Positions 49,655 through 58,464 of a DNA stretch of 64,000 nt are shown here, piece after piece. The stretch is taken from assembly GCA_052389315.1 (NCBI GenBank), contig JBQTIE010000178.1, positions 5,923 through 69,922 on the forward strand. Reading direction: 5' to 3'. The notes beneath the pieces are model-generated. The model saw only the letters and a program-made list of their open reading frames with translations, was not told the origin of the DNA and searched no databases. The first letter of the stretch is position 1; each line of letters opens with the position of its first letter. Source of the DNA: Acidobacteriota bacterium. Lineage in GTDB: Bacteria; Acidobacteriota; Vicinamibacteria; Vicinamibacterales; UBA2999. A program made the translations under genes and the position numbers.

Positions 49655-50419
49655 TTATCGCACGAGCTTGCGGCGAGCCGCCAGGCGCAACGGCTCTGGC
49701 ACGTTGTGATCGAGAGAGACCCGCTTGACGTCGCCCTCCTGCAGGCGCGCGAGCAGGGGGAGCGACACCGCCACCGGCGTCTTGGCGTTCCGAACCAGCG
49801 CAAGGACGATCGCATAGCTCTTCATCCAGGACCGCCTGCGTGCAATCGTCCTGAGGACGTCCTCCGCCACACTCCCCATGCGCGCAAAGCTCTCGACCTC
49901 CGTCTCGTTGAGCTTCGGACTGCTCAACACCGAGAGGGCAACGAGCTTGTTGGGATCGCGAATCAGGATGGCCCGGATCTCCCGGCTGCCCTTCAGCGCA
50001 GCGTTCAACCTCTCCGGCACCGACATCGTGGCGAGCCGCGCGACCAACGATACTCGCTCCGTTTTATCTGCGGGCTCGGTGCCGAGGTCACCCTCACCGA
50101 GATCGAGAATCGGATCGGCGGGGTCGAGTGTACCCTCCATCGGCACGATCCCGCGCGAGGCGAAAAACTCGCGGAGATCTGCCGAGGCCTCCGGGCTGGC
50201 GATCGCTGCACCCAGTCGCTCGGCGGGAATCGACGCCAGGGTCTCCTCCGCCGCCAGTCTGACCTCGGGGTCCGCGTCCGTCGTCAGGCACACGAGCAAG
50301 GCGAGCTGCTCGAGGGCGGCGGGCGCGATGCGCCCACGCGCGGCGTCGAGGCGCACCTCGCGTGCCACGTCGCCGCGGCGAAAGGCGTCGAGCAAGGGAC
50401 TCTGAACTCCAAATTCCAT
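49655..50419 (-). CDS. hypothetical HEAT/ARM-like repeat protein
   Basis: 254 aa from ATG 50419 (MEFGVQSPLLDAFRRGD...). Repeated helical pairs such as DADPEVRLAAEETLASIP and NAKTPVAVSLPLLARL. No family recognised. Confidence 0.6.
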   Translation of the reverse strand: MEFGVQSPLLDAFRRGDVAREVRLDAARGRIAPAALEQLALLVCLTTDADPEVRLAAEETLASIPAERLGAAIASPEASADLREFFASRGIVPMEGTLDPADPILDLGEGDLGTEPADKTERVSLVARLATMSVPERLNAALKGSREIRAILIRDPNKLVALSVLSSPKLNETEVESFARMGSVAEDVLRTIARRRSWMKSYAIVLALVRNAKTPVAVSLPLLARLQEGDVKRVSLDHNVPEPLRLAARRKLVR

Positions 50420-50519
50420 GCGATTGGCGTTCCCACTCTGTTGACGATTGCGCGCGCCGCCCCGGTGAAGGCGCGACTTACACCTCGCGAGGCGAGGCAC
50501 CGTGGCCCGCCGCGTGACT

Positions 50520-50936
50520 TCAGTCTAGCGGCCTGTTGGGCCCTCGAGCGCTGATGGTGAAGTAGAACGCGCCCGCCAGCAGGGGGAACAGCGCGCCGAG
50601 CACGCTGAACAGCACGGACCGCCCGCGGCGCTCTGGCCTGGGAGGATGGGCGGAGGAAACCTGGGAGCCCGCCAACGACGGGAGATCATCGGCGTGCTGC
50701 GCGAGAAACACACGAAGGGTCGCCTCGGGATCGAGACCAATCTCATTTGCGTACGCCCGAACGATTGCACGGCGATATATTCCGCCAGGCAGCTGGTCGA
50801 TGCGATTGCGCTCGAGCGCCTCGAGCGTTCGCATCGAAAGCTTGGTGGTGTCGGCGATCGAGCGCAGGGACACGCCTGCTGCCTCACGCGAGGCGCGCAG
50901 CCACCCACCGACGTCGACGACCTCAGACTCTTTCAT
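50520..50936 (-). CDS. RodZ-like HTH (XRE-type) membrane protein, short form
   Basis: 138 aa. HTH SLRSIADTTKLSMRTLEALERN, GGIYRRAIVRAYANEIGLD, and a single C-terminal TM VLFSVLGALFPLLAGAFYF. AGGTGG SD upstream. Confidence 0.7.
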   Translation of the reverse strand: MKESEVVDVGGWLRASREAAGVSLRSIADTTKLSMRTLEALERNRIDQLPGGIYRRAIVRAYANEIGLDPEATLRVFLAQHADDLPSLAGSQVSSAHPPRPERRGRSVLFSVLGALFPLLAGAFYFTISARGPNRPLD

Positions 50937-51007
50937 TCCACCTAACCGCCAGCCAGTTTTTGGTTGCTCGCCAGAACCCTCACGCGTTCAACAGCAACCG
51001 GGTGATC

Positions 51008-51700
51008 TTAGGGAACACCCTGGGGGGTGTCAAACGCAAAACGCAGCGCGCGCGCGAGATTCTGCACCTCCGCGATCACTTCCGTGGTGGGTCCGGCCGG
51101 GAGCAGCGCGCCGATCACCGCCACGCCGCGAGCCCCGGCGCGCTTGATGTCGGGAATCCGGTCCGGAGTGATCCCACCTATCGCCAGCACCGGCCGCGAT
51201 CCGGCCGCCCTCACCACCCCGGCAAGGCCCTCGAGCCCCAACCGTGTCCCGTCTTTGGACACGGTGTCGAATACCGTACCGGCGACAAGGTAATCGGCCC
51301 CTCGAACCGCCGCGGCCTCTTCACGAGTGTGAACCGAGCGGCCCACGAGGAACCGTGGCGGCGCCACCGCTCGGGCGGACTGTGGAGGCACGCCGTCTGC
51401 GCGCAAGTGCACACCGTGCGCGTTGGCCGCAATGGCGACGTCCAGCCGGTCGTTGATCACCAGCCGTGCAGAGGCGTTGGCAAGCCGGGCCCGGCACTCG
51501 CGCGCGAGCTGAGCCAGCTCGGCGCCCTGGAGATCAGCTTCACGGATTTGCACCAGATCAACGCCTCCTCGCACCGCGCCCTCGACCTGGTCGAGCAGCG
51601 CCGCGCACGCTTCGCGATCCGACCGTCGCAGGCGCGCCGCCAAACGCCGGCGGTGGGTGACCAGGCACAGCACGGTCCCCAGGTCATCGAGCATGCGCAT
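51008..51700 (-). CDS. thiamine-phosphate synthase-like (TMP-TENI family) paralogue
   Basis: LCLVTHRR, VDLVQIREADL, VINDRLDVA, HGVHLRADG and VLAIGGITP follow the ThiE/TenI pattern. ATG 51700 chosen. Confidence 0.7.
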   Translation of the reverse strand: MRMLDDLGTVLCLVTHRRRLAARLRRSDREACAALLDQVEGAVRGGVDLVQIREADLQGAELAQLARECRARLANASARLVINDRLDVAIAANAHGVHLRADGVPPQSARAVAPPRFLVGRSVHTREEAAAVRGADYLVAGTVFDTVSKDGTRLGLEGLAGVVRAAGSRPVLAIGGITPDRIPDIKRAGARGVAVIGALLPAGPTTEVIAEVQNLARALRFAFDTPQGVP

Positions 51701-51929
51701 CGCCGGCCTCGTCCCGGTCGGCCACTGCGACGCCACGGCGCCCCCCAAGCAGGTCCACCAGCTCTCCCAAGGCGGCCCACAGATTGACGAGCCCGAGGCC
51801 CGACACCGCCCCCCGGATGAAGTGATTCGCGAGGACTGGCCGCACTTCGGGTACCAGGTCGGCGAAGTAGTTCCTGTCCCAGAAGGTCGTCCAGGGAATC
51901 AGTGACAGTAGCAGGCCCGCCTCGATCAA
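51684..51929 (-). CDS. small two-TM membrane protein (start uncertain)
   Basis: ORF-track TTG start at 51929. The first hydrophobic helix continues upstream, in the same frame, to within 2 codons of the TPR gene TAA stop (see findings). 17-nt overlap with the thiE-like gene. Confidence 0.5.
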   Translation of the reverse strand: MIEAGLLLSLIPWTTFWDRNYFADLVPEVRPVLANHFIRGAVSGLGLVNLWAALGELVDLLGGRRGVAVADRDEAGDAHAR

Positions 51930-51965
51930 GAGGGCTATGATCAGGAGTCGTCGGAACAGATCCCG

Positions 51966-54005
51966 TTACCTTTTGGACTGAAGCTTCGACAGGCGCAGAA
52001 TTCGATACGCGACATCGCGGTACCCCGGAGATTCGGACTCGAGCGCCGAGTAGGCCTCCAGGGCCTTCGCTCGCTCGCCCGCCTTCTCGAGCGTGGCGGC
52101 AAGGTCATACAGCACCGCGTGCCCGGCTGCGGCCGTCGTGGGGGGTGTCTGGGTGGCGCGTTCGAGCCATTCGATGGCCTTTCGGATCTCGTTGCGCTCG
52201 AGATAGAGAGTGGCCAGCAGGGCGGCGCTGTCGAAGCGCACGCTGGGCGATCGCGACGCCGTTTGCAGGGCCTCGATCGCATCGTCGATCATGCCAAGCT
52301 CGCGATAGGTCACCGCGAGGCCGTATTGTTCGGCCGCCGCTTCCTCTCCACCGGGGTGCCGCCCATCGTCGGCAGGCTCGACCGGCACTGGCCCGGCGCT
52401 CTCCTGGTCGGCGTCCCCACCGGACGCTTCGAGTCCGCTCCCGGGCGTCCAGCTCGAGAGCGCCGCATCGAGATCGATCAGTTCCTCGGCCTCCACGAGC
52501 ACGACGTTGTCTTCGTCGCTTGACTCGGAGCCCTCGTCGATGTGCGGGCTCTGAGGGGCAAAGGCGCCGCCCTCGTTGAGGTCCATCTTGTCGGTTGCCA
52601 GGAACGGACTGTCCCCGCTCAACCGCTCGGCGATGATCAAGTCGGGGTCGTCCTCACCGAGAAGCACCAGCGCCCGGCGGAAGCGATCGATGTTCGCGGC
52701 GACCCAGGGCTCACGCGCCACGAGATCCTCGCTGATGATCCGTGCTTCGAGGCCCCGGCCCACTGCGAGATATGCTTCCGCGAGCTGCGCCTGGGCCTCG
52801 TGCATGAGCGCCTCCAGCCGGCCGTCGACACAGATCTCCACGAGGCGCATGAGGGCGACGAGATGCTCGCAGGCATGGGAGACGAATGCCTGGAGGGCGG
52901 CTGCCGCTCCGGCGAAGTCCTTCGCCGCCAAGAGGCTCTCGGCGACCGCGTCGATGCAGGCATAGCCGCCGTCCGGTGACTCCTTGGCGAGGCGAGACGC
53001 CAGAGCCGTCGCCGCCCGCTGTTGGGCGGGGTCGAGCGTAAGGGCCACGGCCACCGCCGAGCGTCCTTCGTCCAGCCGGTTTGCCCGCAGTTCGATCTCC
53101 GCCAGGATCAGCCACAACGGCGCGCTTCGCCCCGCGGTGTCGGCGTCGATGTAGCGGCGGGCCTTGTCCACTTCGCCATTGGCCAGGTAGGTCTGCGCCA
53201 GCACCGCGCGCACTGGCACGTCGGAGGGGTCGAGCTCGGCGACCTGCGCAAGGACGCCCAGCATTTCCTCGACCTCGTCTGCGGCTTCATGAGCAGCGGC
53301 CAGCTGTTTGAGCTCGGCCACGTCTCGTGCGACATTGCGCGCCTTCTTCAGGTCGCCAGCTCTGAGGTAGCGGTCGAGCAGCCGTCGGCGGATCTCGGCG
53401 TCATCGCGATTCAGCCCGAACGCCGCTTCCAGGGCATTGAGGGCCGCGGCGCCGTCGCCCTGCTTTTCAAATCGGAAGGCCACGTCGCGGAACTCGCGGA
53501 GCGCCGTTGGCTGGTCGCCCAGTTCGGCCGCCGCCCGTGCCCCGTCCAGGCGGGCCTCCAGATCGTCGGCGTCGATGGTCCCCAAACGGACGACGATCTC
53601 GGCAGCCCCGCGGCGGTCTCCCCGGGCCTTCCGTCGCTCGGCCAGGCTGCGGAATGCCGTCTTGGCGTCCGCCAACAACCCCTGCCGCGCAGCGATGTCC
53701 GCCGACTGCAGAAGTGCATGTTCCTCGTCTGGCTGAATCTTGAGGATTTTCTTGTAGAGCGCAGCGGCCTTGGGGTAAAACCCCTCCGCCGCCAGATGAT
53801 CGGCGATGCGGGCGTACTGCTCGACGCCCTTGTCGACCTGGCGCAAGCGAACATAAAGGTCACCGAGGGCGTTGGCGCTGTTCCAGTCCCGAGGGTGAGC
53901 GTCGACGATGCGTACGTACTCGGTAATGGCCGCTTCGATTCGGCCCTGTCGAAGAGCCTTCTCTGCGGCCTTGAGTCCGCTCTCGCGATCGATGGTGGGC
54001 GTCAT
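51966..54005 (-). CDS. large cytoplasmic TPR-repeat protein with acidic linker
   Basis: 679 aa from ATG 54005, which overlaps the rnhB stop (ATGA). TPR helices throughout. An acidic low-complexity segment (DEGSESSDEDNVVLVEAEELIDLD) precedes a C-terminal TPR triplet. Confidence 0.75.
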   Translation of the reverse strand: MTPTIDRESGLKAAEKALRQGRIEAAITEYVRIVDAHPRDWNSANALGDLYVRLRQVDKGVEQYARIADHLAAEGFYPKAAALYKKILKIQPDEEHALLQSADIAARQGLLADAKTAFRSLAERRKARGDRRGAAEIVVRLGTIDADDLEARLDGARAAAELGDQPTALREFRDVAFRFEKQGDGAAALNALEAAFGLNRDDAEIRRRLLDRYLRAGDLKKARNVARDVAELKQLAAAHEAADEVEEMLGVLAQVAELDPSDVPVRAVLAQTYLANGEVDKARRYIDADTAGRSAPLWLILAEIELRANRLDEGRSAVAVALTLDPAQQRAATALASRLAKESPDGGYACIDAVAESLLAAKDFAGAAAALQAFVSHACEHLVALMRLVEICVDGRLEALMHEAQAQLAEAYLAVGRGLEARIISEDLVAREPWVAANIDRFRRALVLLGEDDPDLIIAERLSGDSPFLATDKMDLNEGGAFAPQSPHIDEGSESSDEDNVVLVEAEELIDLDAALSSWTPGSGLEASGGDADQESAGPVPVEPADDGRHPGGEEAAAEQYGLAVTYRELGMIDDAIEALQTASRSPSVRFDSAALLATLYLERNEIRKAIEWLERATQTPPTTAAAGHAVLYDLAATLEKAGERAKALEAYSALESESPGYRDVAYRILRLSKLQSKR

Positions 54006-54637
54006 GACCTCTCGCAATCGAGCACCTCGAAGAGCGTTGGCGGCCGGAATGTCCGCCGGTGGACGGTCGAGTAACCGTGCCGGGCCACAGCCGACAGGTG
54101 CTCGGCCGTGGCATACCCTTTGTGCCGCGCGAACCCGTATCTCGGGTCCTGACCGTCCAGATGGTCCATGACGCGATCCCGTGTCACCTTCGCCACGATC
54201 GACGCGGCGGCAATCGCCGCACACGACCGATCTCCCTTTCGCACACCGCGCTGGGCCATCAGGATCCCCGGAATCCGGAACCAGTCGACGAGCACCGCAT
54301 CAGGAAGGGGATCGAGTGCCAGCACGGCACGTCGCATCGCCCGCAGCGTCGCCTGATGAATGTTGACCTCGTCTATCTCCGCAGCCTCTGCCGAGGCGAC
54401 CGACCAAGCCACAGCTCTCACCACGATTTCGTCGTACAACCGCTCCCGCGCATCCCGCGTCAACGCTTTCGAGTCGGCGAGCCCGGCGATGTGCCGTCCC
54501 GGATCGAGGACGACTGCGCCTGCCATGACCGGGCCCGCCAGGCAACCCCGGCCTACTTCGTCTACGCCAGCCACGTGCACGAACCCGAAGCGCCGCAGCA
54601 GATTCTCCGCCGTGCGCCTGGCGACGACCTTTTTCAT
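54002..54637 (-). CDS. rnhB: ribonuclease HII
   Basis: 211 aa. VAGVDEVGRGCLAGPVMAGAVVL, ADSKAL and ASIVAKVTRD motifs. Confidence 0.93.
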   Translation of the reverse strand: MKKVVARRTAENLLRRFGFVHVAGVDEVGRGCLAGPVMAGAVVLDPGRHIAGLADSKALTRDARERLYDEIVVRAVAWSVASAEAAEIDEVNIHQATLRAMRRAVLALDPLPDAVLVDWFRIPGILMAQRGVRKGDRSCAAIAAASIVAKVTRDRVMDHLDGQDPRYGFARHKGYATAEHLSAVARHGYSTVHRRTFRPPTLFEVLDCERS

Positions 54638-54674
54638 CGCCCCACTTCGGACGACGACTGCCCGTCTCCGCCCC

Positions 54675-55019
54675 TCAGGCCCGCTTGACTTCCTTCATGC
54701 GAGCGGCCTTGCCCTTCAGGTCGCGGAGAAAATACAGCTTGGCGCGCCTGACCTTCGCCGACCGCACGACATCCACTTTCTGGATAATCGGCGAATGCAG
54801 CGGAAAGATTCGCTCGACACCCTGACCGAACGACACTTTTCGGACCGTGAACGATGCCCGGGCACCGCCCCGGCGCAAATTGATGACCACGCCCTCGAAC
54901 ACCTGGATCCGTTCCTTGTCCCCTTCCTTGACCCGTACGTGGACCCGTACGGTGTCGCCGGCCTTGATTCGCGGCCGGTCCGTCAGCTGTCCGCTCTCCA
55001 CCTGTTCGATGGCGTTCAT
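54675..55019 (-). CDS. rplS: 50S ribosomal protein L19
   Basis: 114 aa: [30 protein letters not shown]...[18 protein letters not shown]. Confidence 0.96.
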   Translation of the reverse strand: MNAIEQVESGQLTDRPRIKAGDTVRVHVRVKEGDKERIQVFEGVVINLRRGGARASFTVRKVSFGQGVERIFPLHSPIIQKVDVVRSAKVRRAKLYFLRDLKGKAARMKEVKRA

Positions 55020-55783
55020 GATGACTCGCTCCCTTCATTCTCGGCTCGTTGACGCGTGCGCTCCAGCCCGCGCAAAATTTCCCACTCGTGCTCGTCGAGC
55101 GACGCCGTCTCAATCAAGTCCGGCCGCCGCTCCACCGTGCGACGTACGGCCTCCTCTTGCCGCCAGCGCCGTATCTCGCCGTGATGGCCGGACGTCAGGA
55201 CATCCGGCACACGCCACCCTCGAAACTCGGCCGGCCGCGTATAGTGCGGATAATCAAGCAATCCGCGTGAGAACGAGTCTGCTGCGACAGACTGTGCATC
55301 TCCGACGACGCCCGGCACCAGGCGGCCCACCGCGTCGACGACCACCAGGGCCGGAATCTCACCGCCGGACACCACGTAGTCGCCGATGGACACCTCGTCG
55401 GTCGCCAGATGTGTTCGAACCCGCTCATCCACGCCTTCGTAACGCCCGCACAGGACGACGACATGCGTCAAGCCGGCCAGCCTCCGGGCCTCTGCCTGGG
55501 TGAACCGTCGGCCGGCCGGCGACATCAGCAGCACCGCATCAGCCGCCCCACGTCGGGCACACACCGCCTCAACCGCGGCGAACATCGGCTCGGGCTTCAT
55601 CACCATCCCCGGCCCGCCCCCGAACGGCACATCGTCAACCACTCGGTGCCGATCGACGACAAAGTCGCGCAGGTCGTGCACCTGAATATCCAAGCGGCCG
55701 CTCTGGCGGCCTTTTCCGATCACGCCCGCCGCGAGGCCGGCCTCGACCATCTCCGGAAAGATGGTCACGATGTCGAAGATCAC
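55016..55783 (-). CDS. trmD: tRNA (guanine37-N1)-methyltransferase
   Basis: 255 aa. [56 protein letters not shown] overlap with rplS. Confidence 0.95.
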   Translation of the reverse strand: MIFDIVTIFPEMVEAGLAAGVIGKGRQSGRLDIQVHDLRDFVVDRHRVVDDVPFGGGPGMVMKPEPMFAAVEAVCARRGAADAVLLMSPAGRRFTQAEARRLAGLTHVVVLCGRYEGVDERVRTHLATDEVSIGDYVVSGGEIPALVVVDAVGRLVPGVVGDAQSVAADSFSRGLLDYPHYTRPAEFRGWRVPDVLTSGHHGEIRRWRQEEAVRRTVERRPDLIETASLDEHEWEILRGLERTRQRAENEGSESS

Positions 55784-55801
55784 AATCGTCGCTGTCCTTG
55801 C

Positions 55802-56350
55802 CTAGTCGCCGTTGACCTCGAGCAGCCCGTCGGGCAGGCTCACCACGATTCGCCTGGCCGTCACGTCGATGCGGCAAAACTCGTCGACCAGCGGCACCAG
55901 CAACTCCGCACGCGGTCCGCGAACCACCAGGCGCGACGCCGCGCCGCTTCCCTCGACCGAGGTCACCGTGCCCAACGCCTGGCCGTCGGTCGTGACCATC
56001 TCGCAGCCGATCAACTCATGGTGGTAGTACTGTCCGTCCGGGAGCTTCTGCTGCTGGCTCGCCGCTATCCGCAACTCTGCACCCGCCATTCGTTCGGCCT
56101 CGTTAATCGACCCGATGCCGGTGATCCCCACGATCGGCCGCCCTTGCTGAAACCGCGCGGACGTGAGGGTCACGCGTTCGACCGGGCCGCTGGCAACTCG
56201 CGCAAAGAGCGTGGCACCCGGCCGAAATCGTGCCGGCGCGAAGTCGGTCTCGGGGTTGACGATGACTTCGCCCCGCCTGCCGTGTGTGCGCGCCACGAAG
56301 CCGACCAGCACCATCTGCTCCCACGCCGGCTCGGGCTCCGAGCTCGTCAC
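55802..56350 (-). CDS. rimM: 16S rRNA processing protein RimM
   Basis: MVLVGFVARTHGRRGEVIV then a PRC barrel. Start is ambiguous: GTG 56350 is listed, and ATG 56314 is equally plausible. ORF-track 56431 overlaps the KH gene by 50 nt. Confidence 0.85.
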   Translation of the reverse strand: MTSSEPEPAWEQMVLVGFVARTHGRRGEVIVNPETDFAPARFRPGATLFARVASGPVERVTLTSARFQQGRPIVGITGIGSINEAERMAGAELRIAASQQQKLPDGQYYHHELIGCEMVTTDGQALGTVTSVEGSGAASRLVVRGPRAELLVPLVDEFCRIDVTARRIVVSLPDGLLEVNGD

Positions 56351-56381
56351 CGCTGCCCCCGAGTCCTGCCTGGACGACGAC

Positions 56382-56633
56382 TCAGCGGCTCGCCGCGTCT
56401 CGAATGTCGAGTGTCGCCCGTTTGCCATCACCTTCAGCCGCAGCCGCCAGCAGCGTCCGGACGGCGGCCGCCGTCCGTCCCTGGCGCCCGATCACGCGCC
56501 CGAGGTCTCCGGCCGCCACGTGCAGCTCGATCACGGTCATGCCACGCCGCTCGGATTCGCCGACACGCACGGCATCCGGATGGTCGGCCAGCGCCCGCGC
56601 GATGGCCTCAACGAGGGCCTTCAGGTTCGCCAC
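56382..56633 (-). CDS. KH-domain RNA-binding protein (YlqC/UPF0109 type)
   Basis: 83 aa with [20 protein letters not shown] (GxxG KH motif). Conserved position between rpsP and rimM. Confidence 0.9.
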   Translation of the reverse strand: MANLKALVEAIARALADHPDAVRVGESERRGMTVIELHVAAGDLGRVIGRQGRTAAAVRTLLAAAAEGDGKRATLDIRDAASR

Positions 56634-56642
56634 GATGACATC

Positions 56643-56927
56643 CTACGCCGAAGCCGGCGGCGCGGCGGCGGCCAGCGATGCAGAGCGATCCTTGGTCAGG
56701 TGCCTGGCCATCAGCGTGCGGACGGAGTCCGACGGGCGCGCGCCCCTCGCGATCCAGTACTGCACGCGCTCGCGATCGACCTCGACGGCGGCAGGCCGAG
56801 TCCGCGGGTTATACGTCCCCAGGATCTCGAGGAAGCTTCCCTCGCGAGGCGACCGGCCCTCCGTCACGACCACCCGGTAGTACGGGCGCTTCTTCGAACC
56901 AGCTCGGCGCATTCGTATCGACAGCAT
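56643..56927 (-). CDS. rpsP: 30S ribosomal protein S16
   Basis: 94 aa from ATG 56927: MLSIRMRRAGSKKRPYYRVVVTEGRSPREGSFLEILGTYNP. Confidence 0.95.
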   Translation of the reverse strand: MLSIRMRRAGSKKRPYYRVVVTEGRSPREGSFLEILGTYNPRTRPAAVEVDRERVQYWIARGARPSDSVRTLMARHLTKDRSASLAAAAPPASA

Positions 56928-56996
56928 GTGTGTATCCTTCTCAGAATTCCTCAACCACTCTTGGTACGATGTCCCGTCTCGCCCCAGCACGCGCGC

Positions 56997-58358
56997 TCAG
57001 CGCATCACGCTGAACGGCCCCTTCTTCTTTCTCTTCTTCGGCGGAGCCGCGACGGTCTGACCCGTCATCGTCCCAACCATCTTCAACATCCGTTGCATCT
57101 CATTGAACTGCCGCAGCAGCCGATTGACGTCCTCGACCGACGTTCCGCTGCCGCGTGCGATGCGACGACGCCGGCTCCCGTCGAGGATGTCGGCATACGT
57201 CCTCTCCTCCGGCGTCATCGAGCCGATGATCGCCTCGATGCGGCGCAGCTGCCGCTCGTCGGGCTTCTGGTCGGCCAGCTGCTTGAGATTGCCCATCCCC
57301 GGCAGCAGGCCGAGGACGTGCTCGAGGGGCCCCATACGGCGCAGCGTGCGCAGCTGGTCGCGGAAGTCTGCCAGCGAGAATCCGCCCTTCCGGATCTTCT
57401 CCTCGAGCTGCTGTGCGGCGGTCTCATCGATGGCCTCCTCGGCTTTTTCGATGAGCGAGAGCATGTCGCCCATGCCGAGAAGCCGCGACACGAAGCGATC
57501 GGCGTGAAAGGCTTCGAGATCCTCGATACGCTCGCCCGCGCCGACAAACGCGATCGGCACACCCACGACCGACACCACCGACAGCGCGGCCCCGCCTCGC
57601 GCATCGCCGTCGACCTTCGTCAGGACCACCCCGGTGACGCCGACCTGACGGTTGAACTCGCCGGCGCTCTTGATGGCGTCCTGGCCGGTCATGGCATCGG
57701 CCACATACAACATGTCCGCGGGCTTGACCGCCGCCTTGATCGCGGCCAGCTCCTCCATGAGCTCGTCGTCGATGTGCAGACGCCCGGCGGTATCGACGAT
57801 GACGACGTCGTTGCCGGTGTTGCGGGCCGCGGCGATGGCGCTGGTCGCCCGGCCCACAGGGTCCAGCTGACCAACGGGATCGTGGACGCGCACCCCGGCC
57901 TTTTGGGCCATCACGGCCAGCTGCTGGATGGCGGCCGGACGCCGGACGTCAGTCGACACGAGCAGCGGGTGGCGCCCCTGCTTGCCGAGCCACTTCCCCA
58001 GCTTGGCCGAGGTCGTCGTCTTGCCCGAGCCTTGCAGTCCCAGCATCAGGACGACGCGGGGACGGCCCGGGGATTCTGCCAGGCCGCCCTTCGCGTCGCC
58101 GAAGAGCGCAATGAGCTCGTCACGGACGATCTTCACGACGTGCTGGCTGGGGGTCAGGCTGCGCAGCACCGCCTGGTCCATCGCACGATCGCGCACGCGG
58201 TCGATGAACGCCTTGACCACCTGGATGTTGACGTCAGCTTCGAGCAGCGCGAGGCGGATGTGCCGCAGCGCTTCCTCGACGGTCGACTCGGTGAGGCGGG
58301 TCTCGCCCTTGAGCGATCGGAAGACGTCCTGAAGGCGGGTGCTGAGCGCGTCGAACAT
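56997..58358 (-). CDS. ffh: signal recognition particle protein
   Basis: 453 aa from ATG 58358 (MFDALSTRLQDVFRSLKGE). GLQGSGKTTTSAKL, DTAGRL, TKVDGDARGGAAL, and a Met-rich M domain. Confidence 0.96.
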   Translation of the reverse strand: MFDALSTRLQDVFRSLKGETRLTESTVEEALRHIRLALLEADVNIQVVKAFIDRVRDRAMDQAVLRSLTPSQHVVKIVRDELIALFGDAKGGLAESPGRPRVVLMLGLQGSGKTTTSAKLGKWLGKQGRHPLLVSTDVRRPAAIQQLAVMAQKAGVRVHDPVGQLDPVGRATSAIAAARNTGNDVVIVDTAGRLHIDDELMEELAAIKAAVKPADMLYVADAMTGQDAIKSAGEFNRQVGVTGVVLTKVDGDARGGAALSVVSVVGVPIAFVGAGERIEDLEAFHADRFVSRLLGMGDMLSLIEKAEEAIDETAAQQLEEKIRKGGFSLADFRDQLRTLRRMGPLEHVLGLLPGMGNLKQLADQKPDERQLRRIEAIIGSMTPEERTYADILDGSRRRRIARGSGTSVEDVNRLLRQFNEMQRMLKMVGTMTGQTVAAPPKKRKKKGPFSVMR

Positions 58359-58420
58359 GACCGTCGGTCCCGACGCGGGAGGGGCTCTCCCCCGCTCCAC
58401 GCACGTCCGGGCAACCCCTT

Positions 58421-58450
58421 ATCTTACTGGCCTTTCGGCGGGCAGGTCAA
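58421..58450 (-). promoter_or_regulatory. sigma70-type promoter candidate for the ffh operon
   Basis: Minus strand reads TTGACC, 18 nt, TAAGAT. The -10 ends 62 nt upstream of the ffh ATG. The leader contains a GC hairpin. Confidence 0.45.
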
Positions 58451-58464
58451 CGAGGCGCCCGCTC

